Source: a virus
Lineage: Duplodnaviria; Caudoviricetes
Strand: one strand, 5' to 3'
Virus record (IMG/VR): IMGVR_UViG_3300004691_000003
Location: 1 to 25,426 of that record
DNA length: 25,426 nucleotides
The notes beneath the pieces are model-generated. The model made no database searches. It worked only from the letters and a program-made list of their open reading frames with translations, and was not told where the DNA came from. A program made the translations under genes and the position numbers. Shown piece after piece: positions 14,648-23,800 of this stretch. Every line of letters starts with the position of its first letter. Position 1 is the stretch's first letter.

Positions 14648-16051
14648 TTAGATGCCGACTCCCGTGCCGACCAAGGTGTTGGTCGAGAGGTAGCTGGCAT
14701 TAGCAGGGGTGAGCGTGGGCGAAGTAGCCGCGAAGCTCGTGTACTCAGCCGCACTCGTGATGGTCGAGTTGTTGCTATCACCAGACAGGGTGGTGGAGCA
14801 AGCAACCTTAGGACCAGTAATATCACCGAAGCAACGGGCGTGGATGATCACGCGACCGAGCCAAGGCTGAAGCGGACGAGTTCCGTTGTTGAACACGGCG
14901 AGCCAGCGTCCGATCTTACCGAGCGGGTTATACTGTGGATCACGGATGTTCAGCCAGAAGAACTGACCGCTGTAGTAGTACGGATAATCGTCGAACGGAG
15001 CCCCAGGGATGTTGGGGCCGACCTGCTGGACAGCCTCCTCATACACATCGGGGTGGAAGACGTAAGCCGCCTCGTAGGGAGCCTGCTCGTAAGCGAGGTT
15101 GGGAACCCAACGATAACCGTTGGTTGCCGCGACCTGCACATACGGATAGACCTGCGTGAACGTGGTGCCTGTGTAGGTATAGCGGGGAACCTCAAAATCA
15201 ATGAGGTGATAGAACCCACCATAGCTACGATCCACACCGAGGGGAGCAACAAGCTCCGAAGGGGTGGCATAGCGGATGTCGTTACGCAGAGCATCGTCGT
15301 TACGGAGGAGGTTACGGCTCGTCTCTGGCGAGGTGATAAGACCAAGAACCGCCGCGCCGTTCTCACGACCAAGCGGGTTGTGTCCAGCACCATCACGGAT
15401 CAGACCAACGCGAATAACATCAAGGAAATTCTGGTTGAGCTGAATCGTAGGGACGGGAATAGCAGAGCTATTGTTGGAATAGTTGAGCCAGTTGTCTCCA
15501 GCAACCGTGCCGATCGAAGACGATCCGGTGGTGTTGTATTCCGTGAAGGAACCAGTCACCATCTTAGGCACAATGCGGAGATACTCAGAACGACGGCGGT
15601 TATCCAGAACCGTGCGGGTAAGCTGAGTAAGCTGTTCCACAGTCTTGCCAACCTGACGCTCAATCTCAAAAGAAGTCTTGAGATCGTCCAAGCTGATGCA
15701 AGGAGTCTGGTACTGCTGAGTCTGGAGATTCCAAGTGATGTAGCTCTGCCCGAAGGAGAGGTTCGTCGGATTCAGAAGGCTTCCAGCATTAGCACCAGCA
15801 ACCGTGGAGTTCCACGCATTGCCAGTACCAACGGAATTCCAGTTATTTTCAAACGAGCCCGAAAGGACACGTTCAACGGTAAGCTCACGGAGAGTCGTTC
15901 CCATGCCGAGGGGGAACTTGCCAACGCGAGTGAGACGACCCCAAGGGGACTCAACAGAGTACCGCTCTTGGATGTCAATGCTAAACCGTCCGGTCTCCCG
16001 TTCAAAGAGATCATTAACGGTAGAGCAAGCAATCGAAGTAGATGTTGCCAT
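14648..16051 (-). CDS. Major capsid protein (probable), 467 aa
   Basis: Strong codon bias (no TTA/CTA/TCA codons, shown by the open in-register antisense frame), its own structured leader, a double stop and a strong terminator. Size and the layout ...SPWGRLTRVGKFPLGMG...NPLGKIGRW...GTRP...GRVIIHARC fit an HK97-fold coat protein. Confidence 0.75.
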   Translation of the reverse strand: MATSTSIACSTVNDLFERETGRFSIDIQERYSVESPWGRLTRVGKFPLGMGTTLRELTVERVLSGSFENNWNSVGTGNAWNSTVAGANAGSLLNPTNLSFGQSYITWNLQTQQYQTPCISLDDLKTSFEIERQVGKTVEQLTQLTRTVLDNRRRSEYLRIVPKMVTGSFTEYNTTGSSSIGTVAGDNWLNYSNNSSAIPVPTIQLNQNFLDVIRVGLIRDGAGHNPLGRENGAAVLGLITSPETSRNLLRNDDALRNDIRYATPSELVAPLGVDRSYGGFYHLIDFEVPRYTYTGTTFTQVYPYVQVAATNGYRWVPNLAYEQAPYEAAYVFHPDVYEEAVQQVGPNIPGAPFDDYPYYYSGQFFWLNIRDPQYNPLGKIGRWLAVFNNGTRPLQPWLGRVIIHARCFGDITGPKVACSTTLSGDSNNSTITSAAEYTSFAATSPTLTPANASYLSTNTLVGTGVGI

Positions 16052-16087
16052 AATGATAATTAAATAATTTTTGTTTGGTTTTGGTTT

Positions 16088-16170
16088 GGACTCTAGGAAC
16101 TAGAATCCGGTTTTTGAAGAGGCGAAGCCTTCATACGCCTAGATTCTGGTAGCGAACCCAGATACGCTAT
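16088..16170 (-). ncRNA. Structured 5' leader (cis-regulatory RNA candidate) of the capsid gene
   Basis: Hairpins UAGCG-UAUCUGGGUU-CGCUA, AGGCG-UAUGAAGGCUU-CGCCU and GGAUUCUAG-UUC-CUAGAGUCC, then a G-free tract up to the ATG. Confidence 0.55.
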
Positions 16171-16177
16171 GGATCGG

Positions 16178-16206
16178 CAACTAATCCTTTTATAAATTCC
16201 CGTCAA
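16178..16206 (-). promoter_or_regulatory. Candidate promoter for the capsid gene
   Basis: TTGACG-N17-TAGTTG (good -35, weak -10); would start transcription near 16171, right at the first hairpin. Confidence 0.35.
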
Positions 16207-16702
16207 CTAAAATCGTATTCTTGGTTAGAAACTCCTTCAATCTCTCCAACACATCTGTTGTGATCATAGGAGAAGTGAGTCTAATCACATGGAATCCCAT
16301 CATAGCCGCCTCGAAATACTTCTCGCTATCCTTCACAAAACCGCCTCCCCTGCAATGCCTTCCTCCCCATGCTCCTCCCTCAATCTCAATCAACGTGCGG
16401 GACTCATAATGAACATAATCAGAACGCCATTTCCTAACCGGATGGAATCTGTATTCCATTCCTAGAGACTGCCCCCCTATCGTTGACCAGAGTAAATCAA
16501 ACTTACTCTCCAGAGATGACGGCTTCCGATCTTGAGAAACCTTTCCCTTTAAGATAGGATTCAATGTATCCTCTGAATTCTGGGGTGTGGGAGTAATGGA
16601 AGAAGACGGAGGCGAGGGCACTTTTGATTGCTTGGAATTGCGCTTCTGATGTACCTGCTTGGAATAAGGACGCTTCACGTTGAACTTCTTCTCTTTCTTC
16701 AT
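16190..16702 (-). CDS. PD-(D/E)XK endonuclease, DUF559/Vsr-like phage family (start uncertain: ATG 16702 or TTG 16564)
   Basis: EYRFHPVRKWRSDY...LIEIEGGAWGGRHCRGGGFVKDSEKY..AAMMGFHVIRLT. Confidence 0.85.
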   Translation of the reverse strand: MKKEKKFNVKRPYSKQVHQKRNSKQSKVPSPPSSSITPTPQNSEDTLNPILKGKVSQDRKPSSLESKFDLLWSTIGGQSLGMEYRFHPVRKWRSDYVHYESRTLIEIEGGAWGGRHCRGGGFVKDSEKYFEAAMMGFHVIRLTSPMITTDVLERLKEFLTKNTILVDGNL

Positions 16703-16709
16703 GCAACAC
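16503..16709 (-). CDS. Probable hidden 68-aa helical protein overlapping the endonuclease ORF N-terminus
   Basis: GTG 16709 with AGGAG 9 nt upstream; (M)LHEEREEVQREASLFQAGTSEAQFQAIKSALASVFFHYSHTPEFRGYIESYLKGKGFSRSEAVISGE*; run of C-ending codons like the native genes. Confidence 0.5.
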   Translation of the reverse strand: MLHEEREEVQREASLFQAGTSEAQFQAIKSALASVFFHYSHTPEFRGYIESYLKGKGFSRSEAVISGE

Positions 16710-17799
16710 TGAGTGTATCTCCTGTGAGTGAATCATAAAATAACATTTTGGGATTTGTTCCTGTGGTTGGATCAGGGTAATCGCTGGGACTTCCGTATGT
16801 CCAGTATTCAATTGGAGTTATGGTTACAGAACAAGTAGATCCAGATAAATCTGCGGCAGGATAACCCAAGCCAGCATCCCCAAAACCATAAGCCCACACA
16901 CTCTGGGATATTGAATAATCATTTCCATTCCAATGAAAGTTTGAAGTGATTGCATTAGGGATCTCATAAGAATTGCTTTTATCAGGCTTAAAAAAAACAA
17001 TTCCTCCTTCAGAATTAGAAAAAAATCCATTGAAAGAAGAATGATCAATTCTTAATTGAGGTTGATAATAGAAATTATTATTTGAATCATGAAAAACATT
17101 TATGCTTAATGAAGTGAGATAAGAAAAGGAATGCTGGATGTTTGGATAAATAATAGACAAGCTAAAATAATCACCAAGGGGATTATTACCTCCATTCACA
17201 TTGTAATTATGAGTGTTGTCTGCTGATAATAGCGTGTTAATAAAATTGCCTCTATAAACATAAGGAGCGGTATCGCCGCACGCCATTGGATTTAATGGAG
17301 GAAGATATATTTTACCATTTAATCCAGTATAGCAAACTTGCCCTGATTCTTCATTTACTCCCCAAGGATCATAAGGTGGAAATAAATAAAGGGCACTGCC
17401 ATCAACATTTTGATCAGTGTTTGAGCAATCCCCTCCATAATTAAAAGCATTAAGCGATCCTAATTTGTTGTGAATAAATGGATTTACTTGAGTTGCTAAA
17501 GCGTTTCCTACAATAACAGGAAATGATCCTGATGCTGTGTAATGAGTAATAGATCCCCCATAATTTGCTGAAACATTGTATGAAAATTGACATTTGTATA
17601 TTTTTGTCCTTAGCAATATCTTGTATGCTTTGTCTGCCTTGTCCAATTTGTAACTTCCGCAAAAATCATTTGATAATCCGTTATAATAAACCGAAGCCCC
17701 ATAAGGCCCAGATGGATTTCCATTATCTCCATCTCTAGTAGATCCATCCCATTGCGTTCCATATCGGCACAGCAAGGGATCAATACATTGTGAAAACAT
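16699..17799 (-). CDS. AT-rich hypothetical virion protein, possible receptor-binding/tail-tip component, 366 aa
   Basis: Long ORF rich in N/Y/S/G, with beta-type composition and several Cys. Function is inferred from context only. Confidence 0.6.
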   Translation of the reverse strand: MFSQCIDPLLCRYGTQWDGSTRDGDNGNPSGPYGASVYYNGLSNDFCGSYKLDKADKAYKILLRTKIYKCQFSYNVSANYGGSITHYTASGSFPVIVGNALATQVNPFIHNKLGSLNAFNYGGDCSNTDQNVDGSALYLFPPYDPWGVNEESGQVCYTGLNGKIYLPPLNPMACGDTAPYVYRGNFINTLLSADNTHNYNVNGGNNPLGDYFSLSIIYPNIQHSFSYLTSLSINVFHDSNNNFYYQPQLRIDHSSFNGFFSNSEGGIVFFKPDKSNSYEIPNAITSNFHWNGNDYSISQSVWAYGFGDAGLGYPAADLSGSTCSVTITPIEYWTYGSPSDYPDPTTGTNPKMLFYDSLTGDTLSVA

Positions 17800-17801
17800 A
17801 A

Positions 17802-18062
17802 CTATGTAGTAGTGAAGTCTCCATTATTTTGCGCTGACCTAGTATAATAGCACAAGAAATTTACAACATAAGGAGACCCGTTGATACAAACTGAAAGCGG
17901 AATCAAAGACAAAGGCTTATTAGAGTTTGTAAAAAAATCTGATAAACTTTTATCAGAAGGTCGAATAGAAAAACTTGTTTCATCTTGATAAGGGGCATTA
18001 GCTCCAGTTGCTCCTAATGGAATATATCCACCATCATATGAAGATGTATTTCTTGGAAGCAT
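17802..18062 (-). CDS. Small hypothetical virion-associated protein, 86 aa
   Basis: Fills the gap with 2-nt spacing on both sides; C-terminal beta-hairpin-like LSVCINGSPYVVNFLC. Confidence 0.7.
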   Translation of the reverse strand: MLPRNTSSYDGGYIPLGATGANAPYQDETSFSIRPSDKSLSDFFTNSNKPLSLIPLSVCINGSPYVVNFLCYYTRSAQNNGDFTTT

Positions 18063-18064
18063 AA

Positions 18065-20833
18065 TTAGCTAGAAGGATTTCCGGTTACTTTAATCAAAAC
18101 AAACTCTGTTTCTCTAACCCAAATATTTGATTTCCAATAGCTGATCTTTTGTCCAATAGGAACATAGCTGTTATTATATTGCAAATACTGAGAAGCACTT
18201 GGGCTAGTTCCAGCTTGACCATTAAAATATACCTTATCCATTGAACCGCTTGAATTTACTATATCGTAACAAAAAATAGAAGATTCTGAAAGAAATCCTG
18301 CCGATCCATCAATCAAACACATTCCATAATCAAAAGAAATAATGTTTCCAGAATAATAAAGATGAATTTCTTGAGGGGAGAATGGATAGAATGCAGACCC
18401 CGCAGTAAACCCTGGATGTAATGCGTATGCAGTACCTACAGGAGATCCTGATGGATTCACATTTAGATTATTGCCGCTTGTTGAGTAAATAAACTCAATA
18501 TACTTTGCAAAATTTGTATGATATGTTCGACCTCTATAAATAGTAGGCTTTACAATAGACACAGGGGCTCCATTGTATGTGAGGGTGCTGGCATTTAGAT
18601 TTCCAACCAGATTTGGATTTGTGTAATTCCCACTGTAATACTCAGCCCTTGCGGAAGGAAGAGATTGTAGTGTTTTAGTAATCCTAACTGATTTAATATA
18701 ATCAATTGGATTGATTTCATCTTCAAGAACAATTCCTCCTGAAACAGATGTCCCAGCAATCCCTGTCAATCCACTTGATTTTGTGGCTATAAGTTGCTTC
18801 TGGATAATGATTGGGGAATCCAAGTAGGAATCATATTGAAGTCCTGCAAGTATGACTGGACTTGAGTATTTAAGAATGGAGTGTTTGGACTTTGCAGAAT
18901 CAATCTGTACCACTTCCTCGCTTTCAATCTGTCCACTAGATGCTCCAACAATAGAAGCGTAAAGCGTATCTCCTGCTGCAACAATCGAATCACCAATAGA
19001 AAGAGGTCCAAATTCTCCAGCTTTATATCCAGAAAAACTAAAAGGCCCAGTAGAATTCTTATTTGTTTTTTTAGACTTCGCTGAGTCAATTGGAGTTATT
19101 TGAGAAGAAACAAGGGAAACAGTTAATTCATCAGCAGAGATGGTTTGATCAACAATTTGTTCAGTTATATTTACACTGCCAAGCAATCCCGGCTCATTTG
19201 CTGATCCTGATAAAGTAAACGGGCCTCCAGATACTTTATTTTTTTTCTTTGATTTAGCTCTGTCAATTGGAGTTACTTCTGATGATACAATTGCTTGAGT
19301 AAGAGAATCAGCAGCAGTTGTTGGATCAACAATGGATTCAAAAATACTTGTTTGTCCCAATAGCCCAGATTCATTTGAAAACCCTATAAGCTGTGTGGGG
19401 CCAGAAGAAGTTGTGGTAGTCTTCTTTGACTTTGCAGAATCAATGGGGGTTACTTCTGATGATATAATTAATTGAGTTAAGGAATCTGGAGAAGTTCCTT
19501 TTTCAACAATAAATTCAGAAATCTTAACTTCCCCGAGCAAACCTTTCTCATATTTCTCTCCAGAAAGAGTGAAGGGGCCAAAAGAAATCTCTGTTCTTTT
19601 CTTGCTCTTTGCAGAATCGATAGGAGTTACCTCAGAAGATATTACGGCAGAAAGAGAGCTAAATGATAATGCATCGGCAGAAGATCCATATCCAACAATA
19701 TACTCATTGACGCTGGATTGGCCTAAAAGACCTGGCTTGTTTGAAAACCCGTCAAGCTCTGTTGGGCCTGTGGAAATAATTGTAGTCTTCTTGCTTTTTG
19801 CAGAGTCAATCGGCTCTACATTAGAAGAGATCACTGTATTTGATAAACTGTCAGCAGGGGATCCAGAAACAACAATAGATTCAGCTAAGGTTGTGGCTCC
19901 AAGAAGCCCAGATTTATTTTCTGCTCCAAATAAAGATAATGGGCCAGTAGAAACAACAGTAGTCTTCTTGCTTTTTGCAGAGTCGATCGGCTCTACATTA
20001 GACGATATGACTGATGTAGTTAATGAATCTGGAGAAGTTCCTGCTGCAACAATTGACTCTGTTAAAGAAGTGTTTCCCAGCAACCCTGATTTGCTTTCTC
20101 CTCCAGAAAGAGAGAAAGGGCCAGTAGAAACAACAGTAGTCTTCTTTGACTTTACTGCGTCAATGGGAACAACCTGAGAAGAAACAACGGTTGAATTAAG
20201 CGTGTCGGCTGAAGTTCCTGCCGGAACGGTTGTCTCAGAACTTGTCTTAACACCAAGGAGTCCTGCGGAGTTTTCCTGCCCTCCAAGCAAAGGCCCAGGA
20301 ATGGACTCATAAACCACCTCCACCTGCACATGGCGAGAGCGAAGCGGATTATCATCAGGAAGCTTGCGCATCCTCTGGCTTGCCACAATAGCCGTTCCTC
20401 CAAACACAGGGTCAGCAGAGCCGTTGCTTACGACTGCATACTGAGAGCGAGGAACAATGTAGGTGCGGCTATAGATAGGATAGCCTGTTGCGTTCTGGCT
20501 GTAATCCACTCCATAGTTCCAAGGATTCTGCGAGGCGAGAGTGCGGTCATTTGCCCAGTAGCGATAGGCATACTCTCCGTCTTCCGTAGGACGCTCTGCG
20601 ACGAGATAGAGATTGGAAGGCCACTTGTTTGCGTCCCTTCCTTGATACACGGCAGTCCCATCCAACGGGAGAGGCTTGTAGTTGCCCTTCTCAACGCTGA
20701 CTTTCTCTACAAGGATGATGTGCCCAGATTTCGTGTAGAAATCCGGTACGTTGGGTGTAGGATACTGAGGCACTCCCACCTCAAGGGGAGGGTGCGGGAA
20801 GGGAGGCTGTTTAGGCTGTTTGGATGTTGCCAT
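18065..20833 (-). CDS. Large virion (tail-associated) protein with 59-aa tandem repeats, 922 aa
   Basis: TAATG-coupled to the giant upstream gene; unique N-terminal domain of about 180 aa, then the repeat array and an AT-rich C-terminal domain. Confidence 0.75.
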   Translation of the reverse strand: MATSKQPKQPPFPHPPLEVGVPQYPTPNVPDFYTKSGHIILVEKVSVEKGNYKPLPLDGTAVYQGRDANKWPSNLYLVAERPTEDGEYAYRYWANDRTLASQNPWNYGVDYSQNATGYPIYSRTYIVPRSQYAVVSNGSADPVFGGTAIVASQRMRKLPDDNPLRSRHVQVEVVYESIPGPLLGGQENSAGLLGVKTSSETTVPAGTSADTLNSTVVSSQVVPIDAVKSKKTTVVSTGPFSLSGGESKSGLLGNTSLTESIVAAGTSPDSLTTSVISSNVEPIDSAKSKKTTVVSTGPLSLFGAENKSGLLGATTLAESIVVSGSPADSLSNTVISSNVEPIDSAKSKKTTIISTGPTELDGFSNKPGLLGQSSVNEYIVGYGSSADALSFSSLSAVISSEVTPIDSAKSKKRTEISFGPFTLSGEKYEKGLLGEVKISEFIVEKGTSPDSLTQLIISSEVTPIDSAKSKKTTTTSSGPTQLIGFSNESGLLGQTSIFESIVDPTTAADSLTQAIVSSEVTPIDRAKSKKKNKVSGGPFTLSGSANEPGLLGSVNITEQIVDQTISADELTVSLVSSQITPIDSAKSKKTNKNSTGPFSFSGYKAGEFGPLSIGDSIVAAGDTLYASIVGASSGQIESEEVVQIDSAKSKHSILKYSSPVILAGLQYDSYLDSPIIIQKQLIATKSSGLTGIAGTSVSGGIVLEDEINPIDYIKSVRITKTLQSLPSARAEYYSGNYTNPNLVGNLNASTLTYNGAPVSIVKPTIYRGRTYHTNFAKYIEFIYSTSGNNLNVNPSGSPVGTAYALHPGFTAGSAFYPFSPQEIHLYYSGNIISFDYGMCLIDGSAGFLSESSIFCYDIVNSSGSMDKVYFNGQAGTSPSASQYLQYNNSYVPIGQKISYWKSNIWVRETEFVLIKVTGNPSS
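19044..20297 (-). repeat. Seven tandem 177-nt (59-aa) coding repeats, followed by two degenerate copies
   Basis: Unit L-x-G-x5-GLLG-x5-E-x-IV-x6-D-x-L-x4-ISS-x-V-x-PIDSAKSKK-x6-GP. The GP codons recur near 20118, 19941, 19764, 19575, 19398, 19221 and 19044 (177-nt steps, one 189-nt step). Confidence 0.95.
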
Positions 20834-23800
20834 TATTTTTCTTGGACTTGTTGACGGAAAGCAGGAAGCCCCATTTTGATTGTTTCAACAAACCCGTCTG
20901 GAGATCTTTTAATTACATTACCATCCTCGTCTCTGTCAAGATACTGAGCAAACTCTTGAACAAATCCTGGGATGTTTGATTTGGCAATCTCGCCAGCATT
21001 CACATCCATTCTACTGAAGTCCGTGTATTTGCCAAAGTCTTTTTCAAAATGAGTGAATGGAAGCTCATTGATGAGACCAAGCTCTGCCGCCGCAATTCCT
21101 TTTCGGAGTGTTTCCAGCTTTTCTCCGGTCTCCATAGTCTCATCTGCATTATCATCCCAGTAGTCTCTTACCGTGGCTCCAATTCGGAGTGCTAGGAAGG
21201 CAGGGTGATCTAAAAATGTTTTTTCAATGTCTTGACCAGCCACCTTCATCGCATCGTTCTTGGGCTTGTCATCATCTTTCTGCTGTCCTTTCACATAGAA
21301 ACCACCAAACACTTCTGGCATTGCCCATCCAAGAGCCATCAAGAAAAGACCAACAGATCCATTTTTCATCTGACGCATAATCACATCAGCTTCTTCTGGC
21401 GTGATTTTCTCAAGACCATTTCTTGCCGCTTTAATAATCTTTGCAGATCCCGTAATAGTTCCAAACTGATACTCAAGAGCTTGAAGGAAGAAATTTGTAG
21501 GAACCTTCACGATAGGTAGGAATTCGTCTGCAATATATCCAACTGACCTAACGCTTGGATCTTTACTCTTTTTTAAGAATGAATTGATTGCATTATATGA
21601 CTTAACAATAGCATTATCCTGCTTGAAGATGCTCCTCTGTGCATATTTGTATGCCGCTAACTCTGCTTGGCGTTGAACAGATGGATCTTCAATATCAAGC
21701 CCATGATCGGATGCGAATTCAAAATACCGACGAAGACCAAGCTCGTAGTTTGCCCTGAAGGTTGGGTTCTTTACAGCGGCGTGAATGTTGCCAGGAAATC
21801 CCAAGATGCCAGCAGGTATGTAGCTAGGCTTATCAAACAATGCCTCAATCTCTGAAGGCTTGCCTTGAGCAACGTTCTTGAACTCCCTCGCTCCCTTGAG
21901 GAATCCCTTCACATAGGCATCGATGTCTTTGCGTCCTGCCCTTCCCTCAATTGCTGACTTCTCTGCAATGATATTGAGGACTGGAAGTTTGCCAATAACG
22001 GTTCCAACAGCAACATCAAGAGGTTTGTAGACGGCAACTTCAGCAGTAGCGGAAGCCAGCTTAACTAAAGTTTTTAGATATGATAGAACAGCCGCCCTCT
22101 TCCATGCAGTAATAGTCCTAGCTACTCGTTCTGGCGTGGACGCATTCTTCCATTGATCCTCACGCAACCTTGCTTCCCACTCTAGCTTTGCTCTAGCCGC
22201 TTCTGCGGCGGCTTTCTGAGCTTCTTGATCCTCCGGTTCATAGGGAGTGCGAGTCTTGGGAGCAAAGTCTTTTTCGTCAATCCTGCGGAGGTACTCATCC
22301 CTCTGCTTGAGCTTCCGGTTGGTATAGGCATCAACAGCCATCTTTGCTCTAGCTGCCATATACCAATCCTCAGACTTCATCTGCTCAGAAATAGCTTTAA
22401 GCTCTTCAGAAAGTCTTGTGATGTCAGGATTATTCCAATCAATAGGCTTGGATTTTCCTTTTATGGTCTTCTCTTGAAGTTGCTTTTGCTTGTTTTTAAT
22501 CTGCCTCTCAAGAGAGGAAATTTTCTTTTCCTCTGCCGTCTTGGGCAGAGGCTTTGCCGCCTCTTGATATTCTTTGATTTGTTTATTTACAGAATCAATT
22601 TCATTCTGAACTTCCTGCTGTTCTTTATTTAGAACCAATTGCTTTTGCCTAGAAGCAGATTTCTTCTCATTCTGAATTTCGGCAAGTCGCTTCTCCCTAG
22701 ACTCTAGCTTGTTTTTTAGGGAGTTAAGTAATTTTTCGTCTTCTGTCTTCTTGGGTTTTAATGCGTCTCTTTGCTTTTCAAGATCAGCAATCTCATCTTT
22801 TAATGCAGAAATAGTAGCGGATTCTGGCCCGTATTCAGCAATATCCTTCTTGGTTGGCTTTTCTCCAGCAAGAACCCTTTTTAAGAAATCAATCCTCTTG
22901 GAATACTTGATTTGCTTTTGCTCCTCCTGACGGATAGAGTCAGCTTCCTTAATGGCATTGATTTCAGATCGAAGAGTTTCAAGCTCTGCTTTATGCCTCT
23001 CAATCTTTTCGCTGGTAATCTTTTCGCCCTTTTCTGACTCAGGTAGGATTCCTCTTTGCAAATCACGAAGCTCCTGCTCCTTCTTTGCAATCAAGTTTTC
23101 GTAAGCCCTTTCGGAAGCGGCAACTTTCTGTTCGTAAGTTGGCTCTTGCTTTTGCTTCTTCCCGTAAATGATCTCGTATTGAGTCTCAAGGGACTGCAAA
23201 TCCCTTTGCATCTGCTTAATGTCTTCTGGGTATTCCGTTTCTCTTGATGCTCCAGATTTGCGTACTCCCGTGACAATCGCTTGCTTGAGATCCTCAATTC
23301 TATTCTTGATCCTTGTCCTAACTCCATCAAGATTTCCCTTCAATTGAGACTCTGGATCTTTAGTAACAAGATTAAACTTTTTAACAAGAACCCTATACTG
23401 TTCTGCGGCTCTGCGAGTCTGTGCATTCATTTCCCTACGAGAAGCACTTCTTGGGGCAACTCTTGGTGTGCCTGTAGCTGATCCAGTTGCAAATCTTATC
23501 TTTCCAGTCTGCAACAAATATCCCTTAATCTCAGAAACAATCTTTCGATTTGCTTTCTCTGAAAGTTGCCTGTATTTGCCAATCCTTGATATGGCATCTT
23601 GCGTATCCTTAAAAGACCAATTATCGCCCATCACGGATTTAACAATCTCATGGACTTCATTTACGGATCCTTTCCTGTCAATTGTCTTTTCTGTTTTTCC
23701 AGAAGCAAGTTGTTTTTGAACAACAGCGTCAAGCAATTTAAGAATATGAGAGCCTAGATGTTCTGTGTCTTCTTTTTTTGAAGCAACAACAGCTTTGTAT

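Noticed and set aside
14585-16063. 492-aa plus-strand ORF antisense to the whole capsid gene
   Set aside because: It is exactly in codon register with the capsid gene (offset 63 nt), so it stays open only because the capsid avoids TTA/CTA/TCA codons. It starts with TTG next to the terminator and has no recognisable protein features.
16171-16187. Additional hairpin GGAUUAG-UUG-CCGAUCC upstream of the capsid leader
   Set aside because: Weak (one mismatch, 3-nt loop) and overlaps the candidate -10 element, so it is probably not in the leader transcript.
16190-16702. Endonuclease as a homing or mobile element
   Set aside because: No HNH, GIY-YIG or LAGLIDADG motifs and no intron or intein context. 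This PD-(D/E)XK family is a common resident phage gene.
19044-20297. Regularly spaced DNA repeats resembling a CRISPR array
   Set aside because: The period is 177 nt, in frame within a long ORF; the intervening sequence is homologous at protein level and repeats vary at third codon positions.
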